Shown: positions 9,383 through 18,394 of the stretch, piece by piece
Position numbering within the stretch: position 1 is the first letter of the stretch
How the letters are laid out: each line of letters begins with the position of its first letter
DNA from: Minisyncoccia bacterium
Lineage (GTDB): Bacteria > Patescibacteriota > Minisyncoccia > UBA6257 > GWB1-50-10
Assembly (NCBI GenBank): GCA_049997815.1
Contig: JBEKVQ010000001.1
Location: 20,642 to 84,641, forward strand
Direction: 5' to 3'
Length of the DNA: 64,000 nt
Made by a program: the position numbers and the translations under genes
Notes under the pieces: generated by a model
The model's database searches: none
Told to the model about the DNA's origin: nothing
The model's input: only the letters and a program-made list of their open reading frames with translations

Positions 9383-11435
9383 TATAGAACACCTCCCGGG
9401 GCTTCGCTCCGTCGCCCGGGCCGATAATGCCCTTCTCCTCCATTATGTCCAAAAGCCGCGCGGCCCTGGCGTAGCCTACCTTAAGCCGCCTTTGAAGGAG
9501 CGAGGCCGAGGCTTTCTTGGCGGCCCGGACAGTCTCAATCGCTTCCCCGAGGAGCTCGTCGCTCGAGCTATCCATATCGAAATCGTCGAAATTCAGATTC
9601 ACCAGTGATTCTTCGCCGGTGCCGTTACCATTCGCGATCGAGATTCCCTCATCCGAGCTTTCGTTGTTCTTCTTAATGAAGCCCGTCACTCTTTTTATCT
9701 CCTCCTCAGTAATGTAGGCGCCCTGAATGCGGAGCGGTTTCGAAATGTCGGCGGCAATAAAGAGCGCATCTCCGCTTCCCAGAAGTTTTTCGGCGCCGGC
9801 GGTGTCCAATATCGTCCGGGAATCAACTTGGCTCGCTACCTGGAGTGCAATTCTGGACGTGATGTTCGCTTTGATTAATCCGGTGATAACTTCGACCGAA
9901 GGGCGCTGAGTGGACACAATAAGATGGATGCCGGTCGCGCGGGCCATCTGGGCAAGGCGGATGATGGAACCCTCAACCTCCCGGCCGTACGAGGTCATTA
10001 GGTCGGCGAGTTCGTCTATAACTATCACAAGGTAGGGTAAACTCTTTCCGTTCTTGTTGTAGCTTTTAATGTCGCGCGAACCTTCGGCCAAAAGAAGCTG
10101 ATAACGCCGGTCCATTTCCTGAATGGCCCATCGGAGAACAGCAATAGATTTTTTATTCTCGGTGATAACGGGAGACAGGAGATGCGGAATGCCGTTATAG
10201 ACTGAGAGTTCCACGCGCTTGGGGTCGATCATGATGAATCGAAGCATCTCGGGGGAATTTCTGTAGAGCAGGGAGATGATTATGGAGTGAATCATTATGG
10301 ACTTGCCGGAGCCGGTCGCGCCTGCGACGAGCAAGTGAGGCATTCTCTCAACGTCCTTGAAGATTGGTTCCCCGGAGACATTCCGGCCCAGGGCGAAGGC
10401 GAGGTCGCCGGATTTTTTGGCTTCCGGATAGAGCAACAAACTTCCAAGGCGCACCACGGCTGCCGCCTTGTTCGGCACCTCGATGCCCACAAGCGACTTG
10501 CCTGGAATAGGCGCTTCAATCCTGATGGGATGAGCCGCGAGAGCAAGAGCCAGGTCCTGATGAAGAGCCGTAATTCTGGATAATTTGATGCCCTCGGCGG
10601 GCTTAAGCGTGTAGCGGGTAACGGTTGGGCCCACATTTATCTCCCCCATCTCAACCGGTATGCCGAAGCCGTCCAGGGTTCTTTTTATGACGTTCGCGTT
10701 CGCCCGTAGGTCGCCGATCGTGGGTTTTTCGGTTGTCGAGACGAGCAAGTCCAATGGCGGCGCCACATAGTTCCTTATGGGCCGGGCTGCCGTCGCTTTT
10801 GGAATTTCCATCTTCGACTCGATTGTGAAGTCGTCCTCGTTCTCCTCTTTCTTTTTCTTTTCTTCTTTCTTTTCTTCCTTGGTCTTTGCCGGCGGCTCTT
10901 CGGGAAGATTTATATCGAGCTCCTCCTCTTCTTCCTCCTCATCTTTCTTCTTGAATAAATTGAGATTGAACGGCCTGTTTACGATAACGAGGAACGAGAC
11001 GAGAATGGCGGTTACGGTAATGACTATTGAGGCCGGTATTCCGAAGGGTATTTTCAGATAACCGATAACGATGCCAACCCAGCCGCCGTTTCTGGGCGAG
11101 AGGATATCTATAAAGCCGAGAGAAGCCAGAATGAAGACGATGCTACCGGTGAGCGCCGGGCCCAGAAGTTTATTCTTGTCGGATGCGAGGAGAGTGAAGC
11201 CGATGAGGAGCGAAAGCGCCGGCAGAAGCCAGTAGCCCCAGCCGAAGAGCTTGTCGAAGAAACCGTAAAAAGCGGTGCCCATGGGGCCGGCCTGGCCGGT
11301 CGCCGCGAGCACGAAAATTATCGCGAGCCCGAAAAGCACGACGAACCAAATGCTTTTTTTGGTGTCCGGATGAAGAGGAGAAATTTTTTCTTCGCGTTCT
11401 CCGCGTTCCCTTTTTCTGGGTTTATCTTTAGCCAT
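9354..11435 (-). CDS. ftsK: DNA translocase FtsK/SpoIIIE
   Basis: N-terminal TM domain, HLLVAGATGSGKS, IDELADLM, gamma domain LQRRLKVGYARAAR; start set at MAKDK. Confidence 0.95.
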   Translation of the reverse strand: MAKDKPRKRERGEREEKISPLHPDTKKSIWFVVLFGLAIIFVLAATGQAGPMGTAFYGFFDKLFGWGYWLLPALSLLIGFTLLASDKNKLLGPALTGSIVFILASLGFIDILSPRNGGWVGIVIGYLKIPFGIPASIVITVTAILVSFLVIVNRPFNLNLFKKKDEEEEEEELDINLPEEPPAKTKEEKKEEKKKKEENEDDFTIESKMEIPKATAARPIRNYVAPPLDLLVSTTEKPTIGDLRANANVIKRTLDGFGIPVEMGEINVGPTVTRYTLKPAEGIKLSRITALHQDLALALAAHPIRIEAPIPGKSLVGIEVPNKAAAVVRLGSLLLYPEAKKSGDLAFALGRNVSGEPIFKDVERMPHLLVAGATGSGKSIMIHSIIISLLYRNSPEMLRFIMIDPKRVELSVYNGIPHLLSPVITENKKSIAVLRWAIQEMDRRYQLLLAEGSRDIKSYNKNGKSLPYLVIVIDELADLMTSYGREVEGSIIRLAQMARATGIHLIVSTQRPSVEVITGLIKANITSRIALQVASQVDSRTILDTAGAEKLLGSGDALFIAADISKPLRIQGAYITEEEIKRVTGFIKKNNESSDEGISIANGNGTGEESLVNLNFDDFDMDSSSDELLGEAIETVRAAKKASASLLQRRLKVGYARAARLLDIMEEKGIIGPGDGAKPREVFYNGEENGERE

Positions 11436-11487
11436 CGGTTTGTAAGCTGATTCTATTAAAAGCGAAATTGGGGTAAAATTCAAATGA

Positions 11488-12243
11488 ATGAATAAGAACT
11501 CGGGAGAAAAAGACGTCATTGTTTTCGACCTGGACGGAACCCTGGTGAAAAGCAAGCTTCCGCTCGACCGGGAAATGGCCCGACTGCTTGCCGGACTGAC
11601 CCGAGAAAAGAAGGTGGCTATAATAGGCGGCGGCAAGTTCTCTCTCTTTAAGTGGCAACTCCTTGGGCCGATGAAAAAGGAACGCCCAAAACTGGGGAAT
11701 TTATTCTTGTTCCCCACCAGCGGAGCCGCTTTTTACCGGTACAAAAATGGGTGGAAAAAGATTTATGAGCTGAGAATGGCCGGAAGCGAAATTAAGAAGG
11801 TAAGAGAGGCCTTTAAAACAGCGCTTTCCAAGGCTGGTTTTGAAGATCCCAAAAAGATATATGGCGCTTTAATAGAGGATCGCGGAACCCAAGTGACCTT
11901 TTCGGCCGCGGGGCAGCTTGCTCCCCTTTCGGTGAAGAAAGAATGGAATCGCCATGATATCCGTCCGAAGATAATGATAGAACTGGCCAAACTCTTGCCG
12001 GACTTCGGGATACGAGCGGGCGGGCTTACCTCCATAGATGTGACAAAAAAAGGAGTTAACAAAGGAAGCACCATCAAAAAGTTCATAAAGATAATAGGCG
12101 CGCCCAAGAAAAGCATTCTTTTTGTCGGCGATGCCCTCTTCTCTGGTGGGAACGATTATGCCGCGTTTGAAGCCGGCTTTGAATGTCTCAAGGTAAAGAA
12201 TCCTAACGATACCAAGAAGCTCATAAGAAAAATTCTTCGGTAG
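11488..12243 (+). CDS. HAD-IIB family hydrolase (phosphomannomutase-like)
   Basis: FDLDGTL, EDRGTQ, GGLTSID, FVGDALFSGGND motifs. Confidence 0.88.
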   Translation: MNKNSGEKDVIVFDLDGTLVKSKLPLDREMARLLAGLTREKKVAIIGGGKFSLFKWQLLGPMKKERPKLGNLFLFPTSGAAFYRYKNGWKKIYELRMAGSEIKKVREAFKTALSKAGFEDPKKIYGALIEDRGTQVTFSAAGQLAPLSVKKEWNRHDIRPKIMIELAKLLPDFGIRAGGLTSIDVTKKGVNKGSTIKKFIKIIGAPKKSILFVGDALFSGGNDYAAFEAGFECLKVKNPNDTKKLIRKILR

Positions 12244-12329
12244 CCGTCGCTAAATTTGACAAAATCGCCTCTATTTGATTTAATAGAGGCGGTTTCTTGA
12301 CGTTCCCGATCATATTTTAAGGAAGAGAA

Positions 12330-12754
12330 ATGAAAAATCTATGGTTATCAAACCTGCTGGTGGTCATTATTACCGGCGCAAATCTCATTCTTTCCAAACT
12401 GCTGTTGGGGAATAACTTGGCCCACGTTTTCGGTCTCACGTTCTTGTTATCGTGTCTTTTGACCACGGCCTGGTTCTTCCTTACGAGAGAGACAAGAGAA
12501 AAGTATGGGTTTTTTGCCCTAGCCTTTTCTTCTTTGGCTATCCAGTTATACCTGATCTGGTTTTTGGGGGCTCGCAGACGTTGCTTGTTCCTATTGGTAT
12601 GGCTGTCTCCGTAATGTTTCCGCTGGCTATAGTCATTGTGATGGAGTTGAAGAAAATTAAGACGATAGCCATCCGCGTGCTTTTAGGAGGAGTGATAGAA
12701 ATGAGTTTCGTGTTTGGGATCCTCCGCTTTCTGGGGCGAGCCCGTCTTCCTTGA
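12330..12754 (+). pseudogene. Frameshifted membrane protein split over ORFs 12330..12614 and 12452..12754
   Basis: Hydrophobic helices continue in the other frame after TTTTTGGGGG (12561-12570). Confidence 0.5.
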
Positions 12755-12866
12755 ACCTCTTGTCCTTACCATACGTAAGCCCCGCCATGCACTTGTGCAT
12801 GCGCGGGGTTTGTCTTCAGTAAACCTACAAAAGCAAGAAAAGCTGGAAAACCTGAAAAATAAAGAA

Positions 12867-13012
12867 AACCTGATAATACGATAAAACCTACACTTGTAGG
12901 TTTCATGCGGTTACCGGGTAATGCGATAAAACCTATACTATTTGACAAAAAGTGTAAAACAATGTGAAACACTATTTCTTTTGGACAACCTGATAATGCG
13001 ATAAAACCTACA
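12867..13012. repeat. Three imperfect 26-bp direct repeats
   Basis: AACCTGATAATRCGATAAAACCTACA at 12867 and 12987 (25/26 identical) and 12912 (22/26 versus the third copy). Confidence 0.8.
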
Positions 13013-13122
13013 TTTTTCATTTTTTGATAAAAAAATTGTTTATCGATAAACATTTTTAAATCAGTTATTTTTGGATAATATGGAGATGATTTTTGCTATT
13101 TTGGAGATTATAATTTAAAAAA

Positions 13123-13482
13123 ATGACTCAAAGATCTGAACTTGGGATAGAGGGAGAAGAATTTGCGGCCGAATTTTTGAAGCGGAAGGGATATAAGATC
13201 CTTGGACGGAATAAGCGCGAGAAGTGGGGCGAGCTGGATATCGTGGCAAGAGCCCCGGATAAGACGCTGGTTTTTGTAGAGGTGAAGACCATGATGCCGG
13301 GTACGCTGAAACCCGAGGACCAGATGTCGGCCTCGAAGATGAAAAAGTTCCGCCGGACAGCGGAATTGTATGCCGGTTCGCATGAAGACCTGATAAAGGA
13401 TAAAAGGGGATGGCGGCTGGACCTAATCGCCCTGGAAAAAAATGATGGAGGATTTACGGTTCGCCATTATGAGAACGTTTAA
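13123..13482 (+). CDS. YraN family endonuclease-like protein (UPF0102)
   Basis: LGIEGE, GELDIVA, LVFVEVK motifs. Confidence 0.9.
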   Translation: MTQRSELGIEGEEFAAEFLKRKGYKILGRNKREKWGELDIVARAPDKTLVFVEVKTMMPGTLKPEDQMSASKMKKFRRTAELYAGSHEDLIKDKRGWRLDLIALEKNDGGFTVRHYENV

Positions 13483-13589
13483 ATTAATATCACAATCTAT
13501 TCTTTATATTGTCAATACTTGATTATTCTCTCCGAAGGAATATTATTGTTATGTAAATCCGCTCCACCGAGCGGTAAAATTTTAAGAAT

Positions 13590-14813
13590 ATGGATTTAAA
13601 ACAATTAGCCAACGCTGCGGAACAGATAGCGGCCGAAAAGGGAATTCCCGCCGAAAAGGTTCTGGGAGCCATCGAGGCCTCGATCGCCGCGGCCTATAAG
13701 AAGGAGTATCGGAAGCGCTCCGAAATTATCCGCGCCAAGTTCAACATGAAGAGCGGCGAGGTGGATTTCTCGCAGGTGAAGACGGTGGTTGACCCGTCGC
13801 AGGTGCGCGTCGTAAGCGAGACCGAGGAAGAGGAAATGAACCCGACCGCCTCGGAAGAGAAGGACGAACTGCCCCGCTACAATCCCGACCGGCACATTTT
13901 TTTGGACGAGGCCAAGAAAATAAAATCCGACGCTAAAGCGGACGAGGAGATAGAATTTCCGCTCGAGGCCCACGCCGATTTCGGTCGCATCGCGGCCCAG
14001 ACGGCCAAGCAGGTGATTTTGCAGAACCTTCGCGAGGCGGAACGCTCGTCCATTAAGGAGGAGTTTGCCGACAAGGAGGGGACCATCGTGAGCGGCGCGG
14101 TCCAGCGCTTTGACCACGGGAACGTTTTCGTGAATCTCGGTCGCGCGGTGGGTATAATGTATCCAAATGAGAGCATTCCCGGCGAGCACTATCGCTTGGG
14201 CGACCGGATGCGTTTCTACGTTCTGGCCGTCCAGGACGACGCCCGCCGTCCCGGCATCATTCTTTCCCGTTCCCACCCGAACTTCGTGGCTAAACTTTTT
14301 GAGCTTGAGGTGCCGGAGATTGCCGAAAAAACGGTGGAAATAAAAGAGATTGCGAGAGAAGCGGGCAGCCGCACGAAGATAGCGGTGGCTTCGAAAGAAG
14401 AGGGTGTTGACCCGGTGGGTTCGGCGGTCGGCCAGCGCGGAACGCGCGTAATGGCGGTTACGAATGAGCTCGGGAATGAAAAAATAGACATCATTGAATG
14501 GTCCGATGACCCCTCGAAATTCATCGGCAATTCCGTATCGCCGGCCAAGGCGAAATTGGTGGAGATTTTGGACCGGCGGGAGGCAAGGGTCTTGGTTTCC
14601 GAAGACCAATTGAGTTTGGCCATCGGTAAAGGCGGGCAGAACGTCCGTCTGGCGGCGAAACTGACCGGCTGGAAGATAGATGTGCGCTCGCAATCCAATC
14701 CGGAAGCGGTTCTGGAGGGCGGAGTGGCTTCGGCTGAAGAAGGAGAAGGAGGCGATGCCATCACTGATTTTGGCGACGGCGCGGAAACCGTGAAGGAAAC
14801 AAAATTAGACTAG
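13590..14813 (+). CDS. nusA: Transcription termination/antitermination factor NusA
   Basis: FGRIAAQTAKQVI; S1 and KH domains; LAIGKGGQNVRLAAKLTGWKID. Confidence 0.97.
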   Translation: MDLKQLANAAEQIAAEKGIPAEKVLGAIEASIAAAYKKEYRKRSEIIRAKFNMKSGEVDFSQVKTVVDPSQVRVVSETEEEEMNPTASEEKDELPRYNPDRHIFLDEAKKIKSDAKADEEIEFPLEAHADFGRIAAQTAKQVILQNLREAERSSIKEEFADKEGTIVSGAVQRFDHGNVFVNLGRAVGIMYPNESIPGEHYRLGDRMRFYVLAVQDDARRPGIILSRSHPNFVAKLFELEVPEIAEKTVEIKEIAREAGSRTKIAVASKEEGVDPVGSAVGQRGTRVMAVTNELGNEKIDIIEWSDDPSKFIGNSVSPAKAKLVEILDRREARVLVSEDQLSLAIGKGGQNVRLAAKLTGWKIDVRSQSNPEAVLEGGVASAEEGEGGDAITDFGDGAETVKETKLD

Positions 14814-14879
14814 GAAGAAAAGGCAATATAGTCGATTAACATTTTTTATCCCTCCAAAACAGGGGCCTTAATCAGTTTT

Positions 14880-14904
14880 AAAACCCTCATTTTATGAGGG
14901 TTTT
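14880..14904 (+). terminator. Intrinsic terminator after nusA
   Basis: AAAACCCTCAT/ATGAGGGTTTT stem. Confidence 0.7.
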
Positions 14905-14911
14905 GAGTACT

Positions 14912-14940
14912 TTGACAAATTACTATATTAGATGTATAAT
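14912..14940 (+). promoter_or_regulatory. Consensus sigma70 promoter
   Basis: TTGACA, 17 nt, TATAAT. Confidence 0.8.
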
Positions 14941-15144
14941 ATACTTAGATACTTGAGGAATTGAACGTGTGATTTTCCGCCCTGATCTCCATCAGAGGGC
15001 CTGTTCATTCTCACTAAGAGATGAACAAAAACCGAAACTGTTTTCTTCTCTGCCCTGATTTTCACCGAGGGATTAACACTCGCTAAGAGTGTGGAAGAAA
15101 AACAGTGTCTGTCCCCACGGACGTAAAAATATGGGGAGGATAGT

Positions 15145-15609
15145 ATGGTAAAACCCGAGTTGGTAAGAATTCCGGAACGTTTCGCTAAATCAGTTGGCGA
15201 ATTAGATTTCGCTACTGTGGCGAGGGTTCTGGGTGGGGGGATGCACAACATGAGCTCCGATACCCAAAATGAAGCAGATTCATTCGTTTTGGATAATGGC
15301 CTTAAGCTTAAGGACGTTCCCCATGTTTTTATGGCCACCCATTCAATGGGCGGTAGGGAGTGGAAGGTGATAACTGGTCGCAAGCCAGGCTACATTTCGG
15401 AAGGATGCTTCAATGGGGGATGGTATATTTTTACGGATGAGGATGTGGACTATCTCCATTGTTCGTCAGCAACATCGGGTAGTAGTCTGACAGCCGAAAA
15501 GCTATCAGACGGTTCTTGGAATGTGACACTTGAGGTTCCGAGCGATGGTGGGCAACCCTACCAAGGATTTTACTGGGATTGTTTCCATAAAGCTCTCGGT
15601 CTTGAATAA
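15145..15609 (+). CDS. Hypothetical protein
   Basis: GGAGG RBS, own promoter and terminator (15634-15666). Confidence 0.7.
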   Translation: MVKPELVRIPERFAKSVGELDFATVARVLGGGMHNMSSDTQNEADSFVLDNGLKLKDVPHVFMATHSMGGREWKVITGRKPGYISEGCFNGGWYIFTDEDVDYLHCSSATSGSSLTAEKLSDGSWNVTLEVPSDGGQPYQGFYWDCFHKALGLE

Positions 15610-15713
15610 GTCACAAGAAACAGCATAGAGTCCAAAAGTCGAGTAGTTTCATTACTCGACTTTTTTATTCCCCAAATTTGAGAGAAAAGAGATTTATCGG
15701 CATAATTAAGCCA

Positions 15714-17153
15714 ATGGAAAGTTTTCGGGGTAAAAAGGTTCTCGTAATGGGTCTGGGGACGCTCGGCGGGGGGATTGCGACGACGAGGTGGCTCGTGAAA
15801 CACGGGGCGAAGGTAACCGTGACCGATTCGCGTTCCGGAGAAAAGTTGAAAGACTCAGTAAAAAAGCTGGGAAGCGTCGCTAAAAGAGTAAAATTCATTC
15901 TCGGCGAACATCGCGAAGTGGATTTTAAGAAAAACGATGTTATTGTGGTAAACCCGGCCGTACCGCATGAGAGCAAGTATTTGGCAATCGCGAGAAAGCA
16001 CAAAAGAGTTCTTGTGAACGATGCCCGGCTCTTTTTTGATACGGTTGAGAATCCCATCGTCGCCGTGACGGGTACTCGGGGTAAGACCACGACGACGAAT
16101 TGGCTCGCGCATTTTTTGAAGAAGAAATATCCGCGGGCGGTGGCGGCCGGAAATTCATCGGATGTGGCTCTTCTCGCGCTCACTGATAAACTGAAGAATA
16201 AAAAGAATCCGGCGGTTGTCGAGCTTTCATCGTGGCAATTGGAGCTTTTGCCGGGTGCAAAGCACGCGCCAGATGTTGCCGTCATCACAAATATCTACCC
16301 GGATCATCTGAATCGTTACGAATCCATCGTGGATTATGCCCTAGCTAAAGCTAACATCTTCAAGGATCAGAAGAAAGACCAAAAACTCATATTGAATGCG
16401 GATAATGTTTGGACGAAGTTCTTTTTGAAACAGAAGCCGTATTCCGAAGTGCTCCTATTTTCCAAGAAAACGTTGAATGGAAAACGGAACGGGATATTCC
16501 TGAAGAATGGGGCCGTTTATTTTAGAAGCGACGGGGAGTTAGAGAAGGTCGTCTCCGAAAGGATAATCCGGGAATTCTCGTTCCGGGGTGAGCACAATCT
16601 GGAGAATCTGCTTGCGGCGCTTCTCGCGAGCCATCTTCTCGGAATAGATTGGGCCGTACTTGCGAGAAAAATCAGAACCCTCCCTGATGTTTTATACCGG
16701 GAGCAGGTAATAATAAGGAGAAAGAACCTGACCGTGGTGAACGACTCGGCGGGAACATCGCCCGATGCCACGATCGCCGCCATAAAGCGCTTCGCCCCGC
16801 AAGGGAACACTGTTTTGATAACGGGCGGAACGGATAAAAATCTGGACTTCAGCGACTTGGCGAAGACGATAAAAAAATATCTGAGACCTAGCGAGATTTA
16901 TTTCTTGGATGGCAGCGCGACAAAAAAAATGATTGGCGCTTTGAAAAGGATTGGCTATTTCGGGAAGAAATCGCCCCAAATTTACGAGGATTTGACTGAA
17001 ATTCTAGCGTTCGTAAAGGCGGCGGTAAATTCGAAAAGGAGGACAATGATTGTTTTTTCGCCCGGCGCGGCGAGCTTCGAAAAATTCAAGAACGAATTTG
17101 ATAGGGGGAAAAAATTCAATCTGTATTCCAAACAGATCCTCGGTAAAAGATGA
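15714..17153 (+). CDS. murD: UDP-N-acetylmuramoyl-L-alanine--D-glutamate ligase
   Basis: VTGTRGKTTT, ELSSWQL, DHLNRY, NDS, SPGAASF motifs. Confidence 0.92.
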   Translation: MESFRGKKVLVMGLGTLGGGIATTRWLVKHGAKVTVTDSRSGEKLKDSVKKLGSVAKRVKFILGEHREVDFKKNDVIVVNPAVPHESKYLAIARKHKRVLVNDARLFFDTVENPIVAVTGTRGKTTTTNWLAHFLKKKYPRAVAAGNSSDVALLALTDKLKNKKNPAVVELSSWQLELLPGAKHAPDVAVITNIYPDHLNRYESIVDYALAKANIFKDQKKDQKLILNADNVWTKFFLKQKPYSEVLLFSKKTLNGKRNGIFLKNGAVYFRSDGELEKVVSERIIREFSFRGEHNLENLLAALLASHLLGIDWAVLARKIRTLPDVLYREQVIIRRKNLTVVNDSAGTSPDATIAAIKRFAPQGNTVLITGGTDKNLDFSDLAKTIKKYLRPSEIYFLDGSATKKMIGALKRIGYFGKKSPQIYEDLTEILAFVKAAVNSKRRTMIVFSPGAASFEKFKNEFDRGKKFNLYSKQILGKR

Positions 17154-17154
17154 A

Positions 17155-17178
17155 AAATCCCGGACATGTCCGGGATTT
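17155..17178. terminator. Perfect 24-bp palindrome between convergent genes
   Basis: AAATCCCGGACATGTCCGGGATTT. Confidence 0.6.
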
Positions 17179-17181
17179 CGT

Positions 17182-17637
17182 TTACTGATCCGATTTTATC
17201 TTGAGTTTTTTGGACCTACTCCGGCTCATTTTCGGCATTTTTATCGTAAGGATGCCGTTTTTCATCGTGGCAGTGGAATTGTCCGGGTCCACTTCCTGCG
17301 GGAGGATAATGGAGCGGGAAAAGTTTCCCCAAAAAAGTTCCTGATAGAAATAATCTTTCTCTTTTACTTCCTCTTTCCTTTCCCGTTCGCCGCGGATGGT
17401 CACTGATTCGTTCGTGATATTTATCTCGAGGTCATCTTCTTTCACTCCCGCCACGGTGGACTGGACCACGATATAGTCGCCTTCCTCGAAGACGTCAACC
17501 GTGAGTGTGCCCTCCTCGTCCTTGGCCGCTTTGGGTTTTTCCGTGGAAACCCTCAGGGATGGCGGCTCGGTCTTCAGTTTGGCTAGTTCAACGAAGATAT
17601 CCCGCTTCGGTTCGTCATTGTGATTCTCTTCGGACAT
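17182..17637 (-). CDS. Hsp20/alpha-crystallin small heat-shock protein
   Basis: VDVFE, GNFSRSIILP, ATMKNGILTI motifs. Confidence 0.92.
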   Translation of the reverse strand: MSEENHNDEPKRDIFVELAKLKTEPPSLRVSTEKPKAAKDEEGTLTVDVFEEGDYIVVQSTVAGVKEDDLEINITNESVTIRGERERKEEVKEKDYFYQELFWGNFSRSIILPQEVDPDNSTATMKNGILTIKMPKMSRSRSKKLKIKSDQ

Positions 17638-17701
17638 GTTCCGATTATACCCGGTACTACAACTTTGTTGTAGTACCGGGTTATATCACGGAAACAGTTC
17701 T

Positions 17702-18394
17702 TCAGTTTTTGGTCTTAAGTTTCGAAAAATCGTGGAAAACGAAGAAGGCCGCGAATATAAGGAAAAGCGAGGGATAGAACAAACTCACATCCTCGAATCG
17801 GTAAATGAGATAGTTGAAGACGAAATGGATCGCAGTGGCGATGCCTATACCCAAGATAATTTTGGGGCCGACCTTACCGATTCTCCGGCCGATAGCCCAG
17901 TAGAAACCGGCGAAAGCCGAGGCCAAACCATGAAGCAGGGTTGCGCCGATAAAGCGGAAACCCAGCGCGCTCAAGGTCGTAATGAAATTGGTCAAACTCA
18001 GATAATCCAGCTTATCGCCCATTATGAATATATTCTCGATGGTCGCGAAGCCCAGGGCGGCGGCGATGGTATAGATCATCGCGTCCACCGGCTCGTCGAA
18101 GGCCGGTTCATTCCAGACGCTCCAGTAGGCCGCAAAGAACTTGAATATTTCCTCGATAACCGCGAGTCCCAGAACGAGAACGAGGAAGACATTAATCGGT
18201 CCGGCGATGAATTTCTGAAAAATAACCTGAAGAACCAGTACCGGAATGCTCGCGAGCGCACCGGCGCAGAACGTGAAGAGAATAAGCCTCTTCGGTTCGG
18301 GATGGCGGTCCTCCTTCAGAAAGAAGATCATCCACAATATCGCCGGCAATAGAGCGAGAATGACGACGAAGAGGAAATTTAATGTCGCTACCAT
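17702..18394 (-). CDS. PrsW family intramembrane metalloprotease
   Basis: IEEIFKF, LGFATIEN, two conserved His; multiple TM segments. Confidence 0.9.
   Translation of the reverse strand: MVATLNFLFVVILALLPAILWMIFFLKEDRHPEPKRLILFTFCAGALASIPVLVLQVIFQKFIAGPINVFLVLVLGLAVIEEIFKFFAAYWSVWNEPAFDEPVDAMIYTIAAALGFATIENIFIMGDKLDYLSLTNFITTLSALGFRFIGATLLHGLASAFAGFYWAIGRRIGKVGPKIILGIGIATAIHFVFNYLIYRFEDVSLFYPSLFLIFAAFFVFHDFSKLKTKN

Noticed and set aside
12867-13012. CRISPR array
   Set aside because: Only three degenerate repeats, uneven 19- and 49-nt gaps, and no cas genes in the window
13605-14693. Long antisense ORFs (also 8210..9001, 17636..18352, 25991..26797, 29706..30542, 35727..36527)
   Set aside because: Shadows of well-supported genes on the opposite strand
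14979-15105. Glycine riboswitch (tandem layout, CACCGAGGGA)
   Set aside because: Lacks the GGAGA and CTCAGG conserved elements; kept as an unknown motif
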